Part shown: positions 13,742 through 21,599 of the stretch, in pieces | Layout: the number at the start of each line of letters is the position of its first letter | Numbering within the stretch: the stretch's first letter is position 1 | Assembly (NCBI GenBank): GCA_964593585.1 | Contig: CAZQIZ010000003.1 | Span: 299 to 64,298 of the forward strand | Direction: 5' to 3' | Source: an uncultured Ignavibacteria bacterium | GTDB taxonomy: Bacteria > Zixibacteria > MSB-5A5 > WJJR01 | Length of the DNA: 64,000 bases | The notes under the pieces: model-generated | Seen by the model: only the letters and a program-made list of their open reading frames with translations | Database searches by the model: none | Told to the model about the DNA's origin: nothing | Program-made: the position numbers and the translations under genes

Positions 13742-14796
13742 GACCCGACGGTGTTGGTCAGTTTCACGATGCCGTCGTACAGCTCCTGCGCGCTGGGGAT
13801 GTTCCCGCCGTTGCGTCCATAGAACTGCACCGGGACGCGGCACTCAACGGCCAGCTTGACATCATCGACCATCATGCCGGTCGAGCACTCGGAAACGAGG
13901 ATCCCTTTGACGTGCCCGGCCAACTCCTTGAGGCGCGGCGCCGGGAAGGGCCAGAGGGTGATCGGGCGCAGCATGCCGACCTTGATGCCCGCGGCCCGCG
14001 CCTGATCGACCGCGCTCATCAAGACGCGCGAGACAATGCCATAGGCAACGGTGACGTAGTCGGCGTCTTCGAGACGGTACTCCTCGAAGCGGACTTCGTT
14101 CTTCTCGATCTCGGCATACTTGGCGTACATGTGCTTGATGTGATCTTCCAGTTCGTTGTGATCGAGATGGATCGAACTGATGAGGTTGTCACGCGTCGTT
14201 TCGGTCCCCTGCACCGCCCAGGGTTTGTTGGGGAAGGCTCGCACCGGATCGGGCACATTGACCGGCTCCATCATCTGGCCGATGAACCCATCGGCGACCA
14301 GCGCCGCGGGGTTGCGATACTTGTCGGCCAGTTCGAAGGCCAGCATGGTGAGATCGCACATTTCCTGCGCGCCGTTGGGGGCCAGAACCGGCATGCGGTA
14401 GTTGCCGTGTCCGCCGCCCTTCACCATTTGGAAGTAGTCGGACTGTTCCGGACCGATGTTGCCCAGCCCCGGGCCGCCGCGCATGATGTTGACCACAACA
14501 CAGGGCAGTTCCGCCCCGGCGCAGTAGGAGATGCCCTCCATCTTCAGCGACATACCCGGCGACGAGGAGGCCGTCATCGTGCGCTGGCCGGTCGAGGCCG
14601 CGCCATAGACCATGTTGATCGCCGCCACTTCCGACTCGGCCTGCAGAAAGGTCCCGCCCATGCGCGGGAACATCGCGGCCGCGGTCTCGGCGATCTCCGA
14701 GGCGGGCGTGATTGGGTAGCCGAAGTACGACCGGCAGCCGGCCAACAGCGCGCCGAGGATAATCGCCTCGTTGCCTTTCATCAATTCCTGACGCAT
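13738..14796 (-). CDS. 2-oxoacid:ferredoxin oxidoreductase alpha subunit (Kor/Vor/Por A-type)
   Basis: ORF 13738..14796, 352 aa. Conserved alpha-subunit segments ([33 protein letters not shown]). Confidence 0.88.
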   Translation of the reverse strand: MRQELMKGNEAIILGALLAGCRSYFGYPITPASEIAETAAAMFPRMGGTFLQAESEVAAINMVYGAASTGQRTMTASSSPGMSLKMEGISYCAGAELPCVVVNIMRGGPGLGNIGPEQSDYFQMVKGGGHGNYRMPVLAPNGAQEMCDLTMLAFELADKYRNPAALVADGFIGQMMEPVNVPDPVRAFPNKPWAVQGTETTRDNLISSIHLDHNELEDHIKHMYAKYAEIEKNEVRFEEYRLEDADYVTVAYGIVSRVLMSAVDQARAAGIKVGMLRPITLWPFPAPRLKELAGHVKGILVSECSTGMMVDDVKLAVECRVPVQFYGRNGGNIPSAQELYDGIVKLTNTVGS

Positions 14797-14825
14797 GCTA
14801 TCACCTCATCCTTCGCGCGGGCGCC

Positions 14826-15200
14826 TTACGGCGTGCCCGTCCGTCCAATCACCGCATCCACGGCGCTGCGCAGTCGGTCCACCACGCGTTCGTTGTGAGC
14901 CAGCCGTATGTCGATCGGGAAGAACCGCTCGCGCGGAAAATTGTGCGCCGCCAGAAGCGATTCGAATTCTTTCTCCTGCTGTTTGGGATCGCAGGCGCCG
15001 CAGATAACGTAGGTCTCCCCGTCGGCGGTCTTGAGAATGTCGGCGAGCGCGTCGCGGCCCCCGCTGCCGCACAGTTCGGGGTGCACCACCGTATAGTCGA
15101 TGTCGAGTTCGTTTTCGAGAGCGTAGGGCAGCGTGTTCATGTCGCTGTCGAACGTCGTTGCCATCCCGCGGCAATTGCAGAGCACGACTTTGATCTTCAT
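14826..15200 (-). CDS. MvhD/FlpD-like hydrogenase iron-sulfur subunit family protein
   Basis: Start MKIKVVLCNC at ATG 15200, with GGGAGGA 8 nt upstream. Cys pattern LCNC...CGSGG...ICGACD aligns with the methyl-viologen-reducing hydrogenase delta subunit (FCCNWC...CSGR...GGCHLGDCHY). Confidence 0.6.
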   Translation of the reverse strand: MKIKVVLCNCRGMATTFDSDMNTLPYALENELDIDYTVVHPELCGSGGRDALADILKTADGETYVICGACDPKQQEKEFESLLAAHNFPRERFFPIDIRLAHNERVVDRLRSAVDAVIGRTGTP

Positions 15201-15258
15201 CGCTGTGTCCTCCCGCATAGGGACATCGGTGACGCCGGCGGCCGACGGGGCCGGCCGG

Positions 15259-15543
15259 TCAACTCAGGACTTTCTTTTCCTTTTTGTCCGCCGGCTTGCG
15301 CCAGACGATGATCGCGCCCGGTTCCGGGCAGTTGTAGAAACAGATCCCGCATCCGGTGCAGCCATCGCCGAGATAGAAGGAATAGCGGTAACCGCGCTCG
15401 TTGATGTCGGTGGAAAACCCCAGCACCTCCGGCGGGCAGGCCTTGACGCAAAAGTCGCAGCCTTTGCACAGCCGGCTGTTGACGTGGACCCACGGCAACG
15501 AGGGGGGGACGGGCATGGTGGAACGTTCGCTCATATTGGGCAC
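15259..15543 (-). CDS. 2x[4Fe-4S] ferredoxin (delta subunit-type of 2-oxoacid:ferredoxin oxidoreductase)
   Basis: ORF 15259..15543. Two CxxCxxCxxxCP clusters ([12 protein letters not shown] and [12 protein letters not shown]). First gene of the operon. Confidence 0.85.
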   Translation of the reverse strand: MPNMSERSTMPVPPSLPWVHVNSRLCKGCDFCVKACPPEVLGFSTDINERGYRYSFYLGDGCTGCGICFYNCPEPGAIIVWRKPADKKEKKVLS

Positions 15544-15625
15544 CTCCGCGGGATGTGTCTGTCGGTCCGCATGCCATGTAGTCTACTAAAAGCGCGGACC
15601 CCTGTTTGGCAAATGCGGGGGCGTT

Positions 15626-15641
15626 TTGTCATAATTGACAA
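15626..15641 (-). promoter_or_regulatory. TTGTCA-N4-TGACAA inverted repeat (CRP/FNR-family-like operator) ~90 bp upstream of the ferredoxin/OFOR operon
   Basis: Sequence TTGTCATAATTGACAA at 15626-15641, with perfect 6-bp arms. A TTGCCA-N17-TTAGTA -35/-10-like pair lies between it and the start at 15543 on the minus strand. Confidence 0.45.
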
Positions 15642-16071
15642 CGACTTGGCCGCCTGCGGCGGATCGTCCGCCGGGAGCGCGCTGCGCCCGCATCACAGCC
15701 GGATCATCATAGGGGCAACCGAGGGGAAGTCAAAGGCGCGGGGCGGGATTTATGTCAAAATTTGGACGGGAAATCTCGCGACGCTTCACCACGCAAATCG
15801 TGCGACGCACCGCCACTCTGACGCGTACTGTGCTTCCGAAGCTGTCTGTCAATAATGGCGAATTTGACAACGCGGCGGGCAGTCCTGTCAGCACGATCGA
15901 AGATGCCGGCGCGTCGAGGTTGGACGCTGACACATTGCCGTGGTGAATCGCACAGGACCGACACCGTCACCCTGAGCGGAGCGAAGGGTCTGCTTTTTTC
16001 CTCTGCTTGATCGCACCGGAGCAGTCGCCCTCGTGCGGAAGCCGGGAATCGCAAACCGCGCGACTTATGGA

Positions 16072-17517
16072 TCAGCTAAAATACTCGCCCAGCGGGGCAA
16101 TCAGTCGGCCCAGCCACGGCTGCGCCTCGAGCACGCGCCGCCAGACATCGAAGGCGACGACGCGGTACGCCTCATGTCCCTTGGAACCGCCGCGCAGTCT
16201 CACAAAGTGGCAAACCTGGCGCAGGTTCCACTCGAACAGGGTGCGTTTGCGGAAAGCCAGCATGAGCGCATAGACCGCCTCGTGGGGGAATTCGGGCTTG
16301 AGCGCGTCGTAGACCGACGCGGACTTCTCGATCAGCCGTTCAAAGTCGGACTTTAATCCGAGATCCTTGATCAGCGCCGGCGTGGTCCAACCCAGGTCGG
16401 GCGTGAGGTCCTGCGCGGTCTGGGTGCCGATACGATGGCGCTGGATGTCGCGCCACGCGCCGTAATCAACGGTGATCTCAAACGTGTAGTTGAGATGTTC
16501 GAAGGCGCGCGGCATCGGATCGAACGGCCCCAGACTCTCGACGCTGCGGCGGATCAACTCCAGGCACTGCGCTTCTGTCCAACCCGCCATCGCCTGCTCC
16601 ATCCGTATCCAGTCGGCCGGCTGATGCGCGTAGGCGACCGCCGCCGCCAGGCGACGGAGACCATCGTCATCATGCTTGAGCAGACGCACTTCCGCCGGCG
16701 TTTCGGCCGCAACACGGCGCGGTGGCTCGACCGTTTCGGCGAGCAGTTCGGCCACACGCCCGGCCCCCTCCACCCGCGCGGTGTCGGGATCGGCGTATTT
16801 CAACAACGTCGGGACCTTCTCCAACGCGGCGCGTTTGACCTCGGCGCCGATCTCCTGCAATTCCTCAAGCGGCGAGCCGGTCAACTTGCGGATCGCATGC
16901 GCCAGCGCCCGCGCGTTGATCGTCCAGCCCAAGTTGGTGAGCGTGGCGGTCGGCAACAAATAGCGGATGGCGTCGCAGGCCTTGGCGCGCAGACGCGTTT
17001 CCCAGACCTTTGGCAATTTGTCCGGCGGGCAGGGGTCGACCTTCCGCAGATGTTCGACCGCCCGTTCCGACCAGGCGATGTAGGCGTTGGTCAGTTCGCG
17101 GATCAGATCCTCGTAGCGCTGGTTGAGTTCGGGATGGCCGCGGAAACGGGCCGGCCGGTAAACATGGTCGGGGTCATAGATCTGGTAGCGGGTCGATTTC
17201 TCGGTGTAGGAGGCCAGCCGGTTGTCTTCGATCGCCTTGGCGGCCAGAATCGAGATGTTCTCCACCGCCAGCGAGAGGATCGCATGCTCGGCGACCGACG
17301 CATGGCCGTAGCCGACCACCCACTTCTCATGGAACTGCGAGGACTTGGTCTCGTTGAGCTCCTGCGCGATCTGGTCAAACGGCTCCGGTGATCGCGAGGT
17401 TTTGGCGAAGGCCACCGCCACCACTTCGGGCGGGAGGTCCTTCATCAGATAGATGCGGCGGTGCGGTGTGGTCATGGGAGCTGGTGAGATCGTCTCGGGC
17501 GCCTGCACGGTGATCAT
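16072..17517 (-). CDS. thyX: tandem-domain FAD-dependent thymidylate synthase ThyX-like protein
   Basis: ORF 16072..17517, 481 aa. The N-half GHASVAEHAILSLAVENISILAAKAIEDNRLASYTEKSTRY aligns to the ThyX core with a degenerate RHR (DNR). The C-half FEHLNYTFEITVDYGAWRDIQRHRIGTQ carries the intact RHRX7S-type signature. Confidence 0.7.
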   Translation of the reverse strand: MITVQAPETISPAPMTTPHRRIYLMKDLPPEVVAVAFAKTSRSPEPFDQIAQELNETKSSQFHEKWVVGYGHASVAEHAILSLAVENISILAAKAIEDNRLASYTEKSTRYQIYDPDHVYRPARFRGHPELNQRYEDLIRELTNAYIAWSERAVEHLRKVDPCPPDKLPKVWETRLRAKACDAIRYLLPTATLTNLGWTINARALAHAIRKLTGSPLEELQEIGAEVKRAALEKVPTLLKYADPDTARVEGAGRVAELLAETVEPPRRVAAETPAEVRLLKHDDDGLRRLAAAVAYAHQPADWIRMEQAMAGWTEAQCLELIRRSVESLGPFDPMPRAFEHLNYTFEITVDYGAWRDIQRHRIGTQTAQDLTPDLGWTTPALIKDLGLKSDFERLIEKSASVYDALKPEFPHEAVYALMLAFRKRTLFEWNLRQVCHFVRLRGGSKGHEAYRVVAFDVWRRVLEAQPWLGRLIAPLGEYFS

Positions 17518-17827
17518 GGTCTCCTCAAATTTGGACGGCTCGATCGGCCGTGCGATTGGTCGTCCGGCCGGCGCTGCCCCTCACCCCGGCCCTCTCCTCC
17601 TTCGGGAGAGAGGGGGAAAGCGATGGGCTGAGAGGTCGTGCGCAGGGTTGCGCGCGCATCCATTGATGGGATACAAAAATCGTCAACCGGATGCCATCAT
17701 CTTTCGATGCGGATTTGTATATTCCCGCACCCGCCGCGCGAACGGCGGGCAACGCGCAGAAAGCGGGCATGCGCACCATGCCCGTGTGACAATAGACACT
17801 GAGCCACCATCGGAAATGAGGGTAACG

Positions 17828-18952
17828 ATGAAAGACCCACGTCTTGTCAAACTCGCCGACACCCTGGTCAACTACTCGACCAAGGTCAAGCCCGGCGATA
17901 AGGTCCTGATCGAGGCCAAAGGCGACCACACCCACGACCTGGTCAAGGAGATCGTCTCGAAGGTCGCCGAGGCCGGCGGTCTGCCCTTCTACTACTATAA
18001 TGAAGAAGAGGTGGAGCGCCGCTGGGTGCTGGGCGCCTCGGAGGCGCAACTGAAGGCCTACGGCCAGATGCACTTGCGCATGATGAAGGATATGGCCTGC
18101 TACATCGCCGTGCGCGGCTCCAACAACTCCTTCAGCATGGCCGACATCCCCCGCGCCAAGCGCGAGATGTACCAGAAGTACTACTACAAACCGGTCCATC
18201 TCGAGCAAAGAGTCAAGCGCACCCGCTGGGTAGTCCTGCGTTACCCGAATTACGCCATGGCGCAACTGGCCGAGACCTCGCGCGAGGCGTTCGAGGACTA
18301 CTACTTCTCGGTCTGCAATGTCGACTACGCCAAGATGGACAAGGCCCAGGACGCGCTGGCGGCGCTCATGCGCAAGACCGACAAGGTCCACATCAAAGGG
18401 CCCGGCACCGATCTGACCTTTTCGATCAAGGGCATTCCGCCGAAAAAGTGCGCCGGCAACCGCAACATCCCCGACGGCGAAGTCTACACCGCGCCGGTCC
18501 GCACGTCGATCAACGGCGAGATCACCTACAACTGCCCGTCGCTCTATGAGTCGACCCTCTTTGATCGCGTGCACTTTGTGTTCAAGAACGGGAAGATCGT
18601 CCACGCCGACTGCGCCACCGATAACGCCAAGTTGAACAAGATCCTCGACACCGATCCCGGCGCGCGCTACATCGGCGAGTTTTCCTTCGGCCTCAACCCC
18701 AATATCACCCGGCCGATGAAGGACATTCTCTTCGACGAGAAGATCTTCGGCTCGATCCACCTGACCCCCGGCCAGTGCTACAAGGAAGCGCCCAACGGCA
18801 ACAAGTCGGCGATTCACTGGGACCTGGTGCTGATTCAGACGAACGAATACGGCGGCGGCGAGATCTACCTGGACGGCACGCTCGTACGCAAAGACGGCAT
18901 CTGGGTCCATCCGGCGCTGAAGGACAAACTGTCCGCCAAGGCGCTCCGGTAA
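17828..18952 (+). CDS. aminopeptidase, M29 (AmpS/PepS) family
   Basis: Start MKDPRLV at ATG 17828 (GAGGG SD 5 nt upstream), inside ORF 17453..18952. Family similarity along the full length. Confidence 0.85.
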   Translation: MKDPRLVKLADTLVNYSTKVKPGDKVLIEAKGDHTHDLVKEIVSKVAEAGGLPFYYYNEEEVERRWVLGASEAQLKAYGQMHLRMMKDMACYIAVRGSNNSFSMADIPRAKREMYQKYYYKPVHLEQRVKRTRWVVLRYPNYAMAQLAETSREAFEDYYFSVCNVDYAKMDKAQDALAALMRKTDKVHIKGPGTDLTFSIKGIPPKKCAGNRNIPDGEVYTAPVRTSINGEITYNCPSLYESTLFDRVHFVFKNGKIVHADCATDNAKLNKILDTDPGARYIGEFSFGLNPNITRPMKDILFDEKIFGSIHLTPGQCYKEAPNGNKSAIHWDLVLIQTNEYGGGEIYLDGTLVRKDGIWVHPALKDKLSAKALR

Positions 18953-19119
18953 TCCATCCCGCCGCACAATACGATCTGTCTCGGCCAACAAGGGGCATAC
19001 GCCCCTTGTTGGCCTTCGGGACAGCCCGCAACCCCCATTTTGGTCTGGTCAATCAGGGGCTCAAGCCCCTTGTTTGCCCATGGGAGCGGCCATTTCCGGG
19101 CCTCCCCTGTCATTTGCGC

Positions 19120-20208
19120 ATGGGCAAACGCCGGACACACAGGGCACGCATCCTCGCCGTCATCCTGGGGGCCATTCTTGTGGCGGAGCTGGCCGGCCAT
19201 CTGGTCGGTCCGCCACCCCTGCCGCCGACATCCGCCTTTATCGAAGCGCAGGAGTGGCGTTACCCCGATTGGGTCCAACAGGACCGTGATCTCTTCTGGC
19301 GCTACCGCCCCAGCCGCGTGATCGACGGGAAATTCATTCGACCGGGACGTTACACCATCAACACACACGGCTATCGCGGCACGGACTATCCCATCGACAA
19401 ACCCGCCGGCGTGACGCGCGTGGTATGCCTGGGCGAATCCAACACCTTCGGGCTGGGGGTCTCCGACGAGGCGGTCTGGCCGCGCCATCTGGAGCGTCGG
19501 CTCAACGCGCTGGATCCGCAGAAGCGGCGCTGGGAGGTGCTCAATTTAGCGGTCACCAACTATTCGACCGTGCAGGGAGTGCGCCAGGCGCGGCAGGAAT
19601 TGCCCCGTCTGAAGCCGGATATCGTGCTATTCTCCTACTCCTGGGCCGACCACCAGCCCGCGGCCAATGGGATCGCCGACGATCAATTGCAAGTGGGTTT
19701 CGGCTGGCAGGTGGCACTCAACAACTGGCTGCATCGCAGCGCCCTGGTGCGCTGGCTGAAGGCGGGATGGAGCGCCATGGCGCCGCCATCCCTCCCCGCC
19801 CAGGCGCCGCCGGGATTCAACCAGCGCCGTGTCGCCACGACGGAATACTCCGAGAACATCGAGCGGCTGACGCGCGAATCGCTGGCCGTGGGGGCGCGTC
19901 CGGTGCTGGTGACCTCGCCGATTGCCTGGCCGCCGGAGGGGATGACCGACACCTCCGGCATCTTCCATGTGCACCACCGCTACCGCCGTCTGGCGCGCTT
20001 CGGCGCGCTCGCCGCCGGCGGCGAGTTTGTCGAGCTGGCCAATGTCTTCGACGAGTTTCCGCGGTTCTACGACAAGGACGCCGGCCAATTCGAGTTGTTC
20101 AACGCGCAGGGGCATGAATTCACCGGCGAATTCCTCGCGCGCTACTTGCTGGGCGATTCGATCGTGGTCGCCCGTTACGGCAGCCGGATCTACACGCAGG
20201 GTCGGTAA
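19120..20208 (+). CDS. SGNH/GDSL-like hydrolase with N-terminal membrane anchor
   Basis: Internal start MGKRRTHRARILAVILGAILV at ATG 19120 of ORF 18775..20208. GDSL-block-I-like VVCLGESNTFG. Hydrophobic anchor helix. Confidence 0.6.
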   Translation: MGKRRTHRARILAVILGAILVAELAGHLVGPPPLPPTSAFIEAQEWRYPDWVQQDRDLFWRYRPSRVIDGKFIRPGRYTINTHGYRGTDYPIDKPAGVTRVVCLGESNTFGLGVSDEAVWPRHLERRLNALDPQKRRWEVLNLAVTNYSTVQGVRQARQELPRLKPDIVLFSYSWADHQPAANGIADDQLQVGFGWQVALNNWLHRSALVRWLKAGWSAMAPPSLPAQAPPGFNQRRVATTEYSENIERLTRESLAVGARPVLVTSPIAWPPEGMTDTSGIFHVHHRYRRLARFGALAAGGEFVELANVFDEFPRFYDKDAGQFELFNAQGHEFTGEFLARYLLGDSIVVARYGSRIYTQGR

Positions 20209-20223
20209 CGCCGGCCAAGTGAG

Positions 20224-21588
20224 ATGACTATGGACGTGGTCGTTATCGGAATGGGGGAAGTCGGCAAGCACATCGCCTCCGTGCTGGTTGCCGAGAATCA
20301 TAACGTCACCCTGATCGACCGGTCCGAGAGCGCGCTGGCCCACGCGCAGGAGTCGATGGATGTCATGACGCTCTGCGGCGATGGGGGCAGTCTCTCCACG
20401 CTGACGCAGGCGAAGGCCGACGCCGCCGATCTGGTCATCGCGGTGACCGACAACGACGAGATCAATCTGCTGGCCTGCCTGATGGCCAAGAAGCTCGGCG
20501 CCGGACGGGTGGTGGCACGCGTGTCCGACACCAATGACCCGCTGACCACCGACAGCACACTGGCCACCAGTCTGGGCATCGACATGGTGATCAGCCCCGA
20601 ACGCGCCGCCGCGGTGGAATTGGCCCGCATCATCGAGGCGGCCGGGGTGCTCTGGGTCGAAACGTTCAGCGACGAGCGCATCGTGATGGTGCGCGTTCGG
20701 GTCACCGATGCCGCCACGCCCTCGGTGGGCAAGACATTGCACGAGCTGGTCACACCCGCCAACACGCTGATCGCGGCGATCGGGCGCGCGGGACGCTTCA
20801 TCATTCCAGATGGCCGTGAGCGGATCGCTGTCGACGACGAGCTCTACCTCATCGGCCGCACCGATGTAATCGACGAGGCGCGCGAGGCGCTGGTCGGCCC
20901 GCGCCACCCCGCCAATAAAGTGGTGATCATCGGCGCCTCCGCCATCGGCCGGGCGTTGTCGAACGAACTGACCGAACTCGGAATCGACTCGTTCATCGTC
21001 GAACGCGACGGTCAGGTCGCCGAGCAGGCCGCCATGCAATTGGCCGGCGCCAATGTCATCCACGGCGACGGCACGCAGAGCGAATTTCTGCGGTCGGCCG
21101 ATCTGGGCAACGCCGATGTCTTTGTGGTGGTGACCCGCTCCGACGAGGTCAACCTCATGGCCGGGCTGCTGGCCAAGAAGATGGGCATTCCCGCCGTCAT
21201 CGCCCTGACGCATAAGCCTGACTACGCGCCCATCTACGAGGAGCTTGGCATTGACACGACCATCTCGCCGCGGCTTCTGGCCGCCAATCAGGTGTTGCGC
21301 TATGTGCGGAAGGGACGGGTGGTGGCGGTCAGCGTGCTGGCCAATGGCCAGGGCGAGGTGCTGGAATTGCAGACCATCCACGGCGCGCGTATCTGTGGAC
21401 GGCCGCTCAAGGAGGTCGGTTTCCCCTCCGGCGCCCGTATCGGCGCGGTGGTGACCGAAGACGATGTCGTGATTCCCTCCGGCGACTACATCGTTCCGGA
21501 GCAGGCCCATGTCATTGTGTTCACGACGCCCGACCGCCGGGAGGAAGTGGAGCAGTTGTTCCGTAAGAAATCACTCTCGCTGTTCTGA
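20224..21588 (+). CDS. trkA: Trk potassium uptake protein TrkA (two RCK_N/RCK_C repeats)
   Basis: ORF 20224..21588, 454 aa. Rossmann motifs VVVIGMGEVG and VVIIGASAIG, duplicated domain organisation. Confidence 0.93.
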   Translation: MTMDVVVIGMGEVGKHIASVLVAENHNVTLIDRSESALAHAQESMDVMTLCGDGGSLSTLTQAKADAADLVIAVTDNDEINLLACLMAKKLGAGRVVARVSDTNDPLTTDSTLATSLGIDMVISPERAAAVELARIIEAAGVLWVETFSDERIVMVRVRVTDAATPSVGKTLHELVTPANTLIAAIGRAGRFIIPDGRERIAVDDELYLIGRTDVIDEAREALVGPRHPANKVVIIGASAIGRALSNELTELGIDSFIVERDGQVAEQAAMQLAGANVIHGDGTQSEFLRSADLGNADVFVVVTRSDEVNLMAGLLAKKMGIPAVIALTHKPDYAPIYEELGIDTTISPRLLAANQVLRYVRKGRVVAVSVLANGQGEVLELQTIHGARICGRPLKEVGFPSGARIGAVVTEDDVVIPSGDYIVPEQAHVIVFTTPDRREEVEQLFRKKSLSLF

Positions 21589-21599
21589 GCGGACCCTCG

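Noticed and set aside
12317-14898. plus-strand ORFs 12317..13696 and 13912..14898
   Set aside because: Antisense to the OFOR beta-gamma and alpha genes. No motifs, composition artefact.
17525-18991. 488-aa minus-strand ORF
   Set aside because: Antisense shadow of the M29 aminopeptidase gene. Repetitive Gly/Val/Asp composition, no recognisable motifs.
19627-21510. 627-aa minus-strand ORF
   Set aside because: Shadow frame spanning the SGNH hydrolase and trkA on the opposite strand. The opposite-strand genes have clear family signatures.
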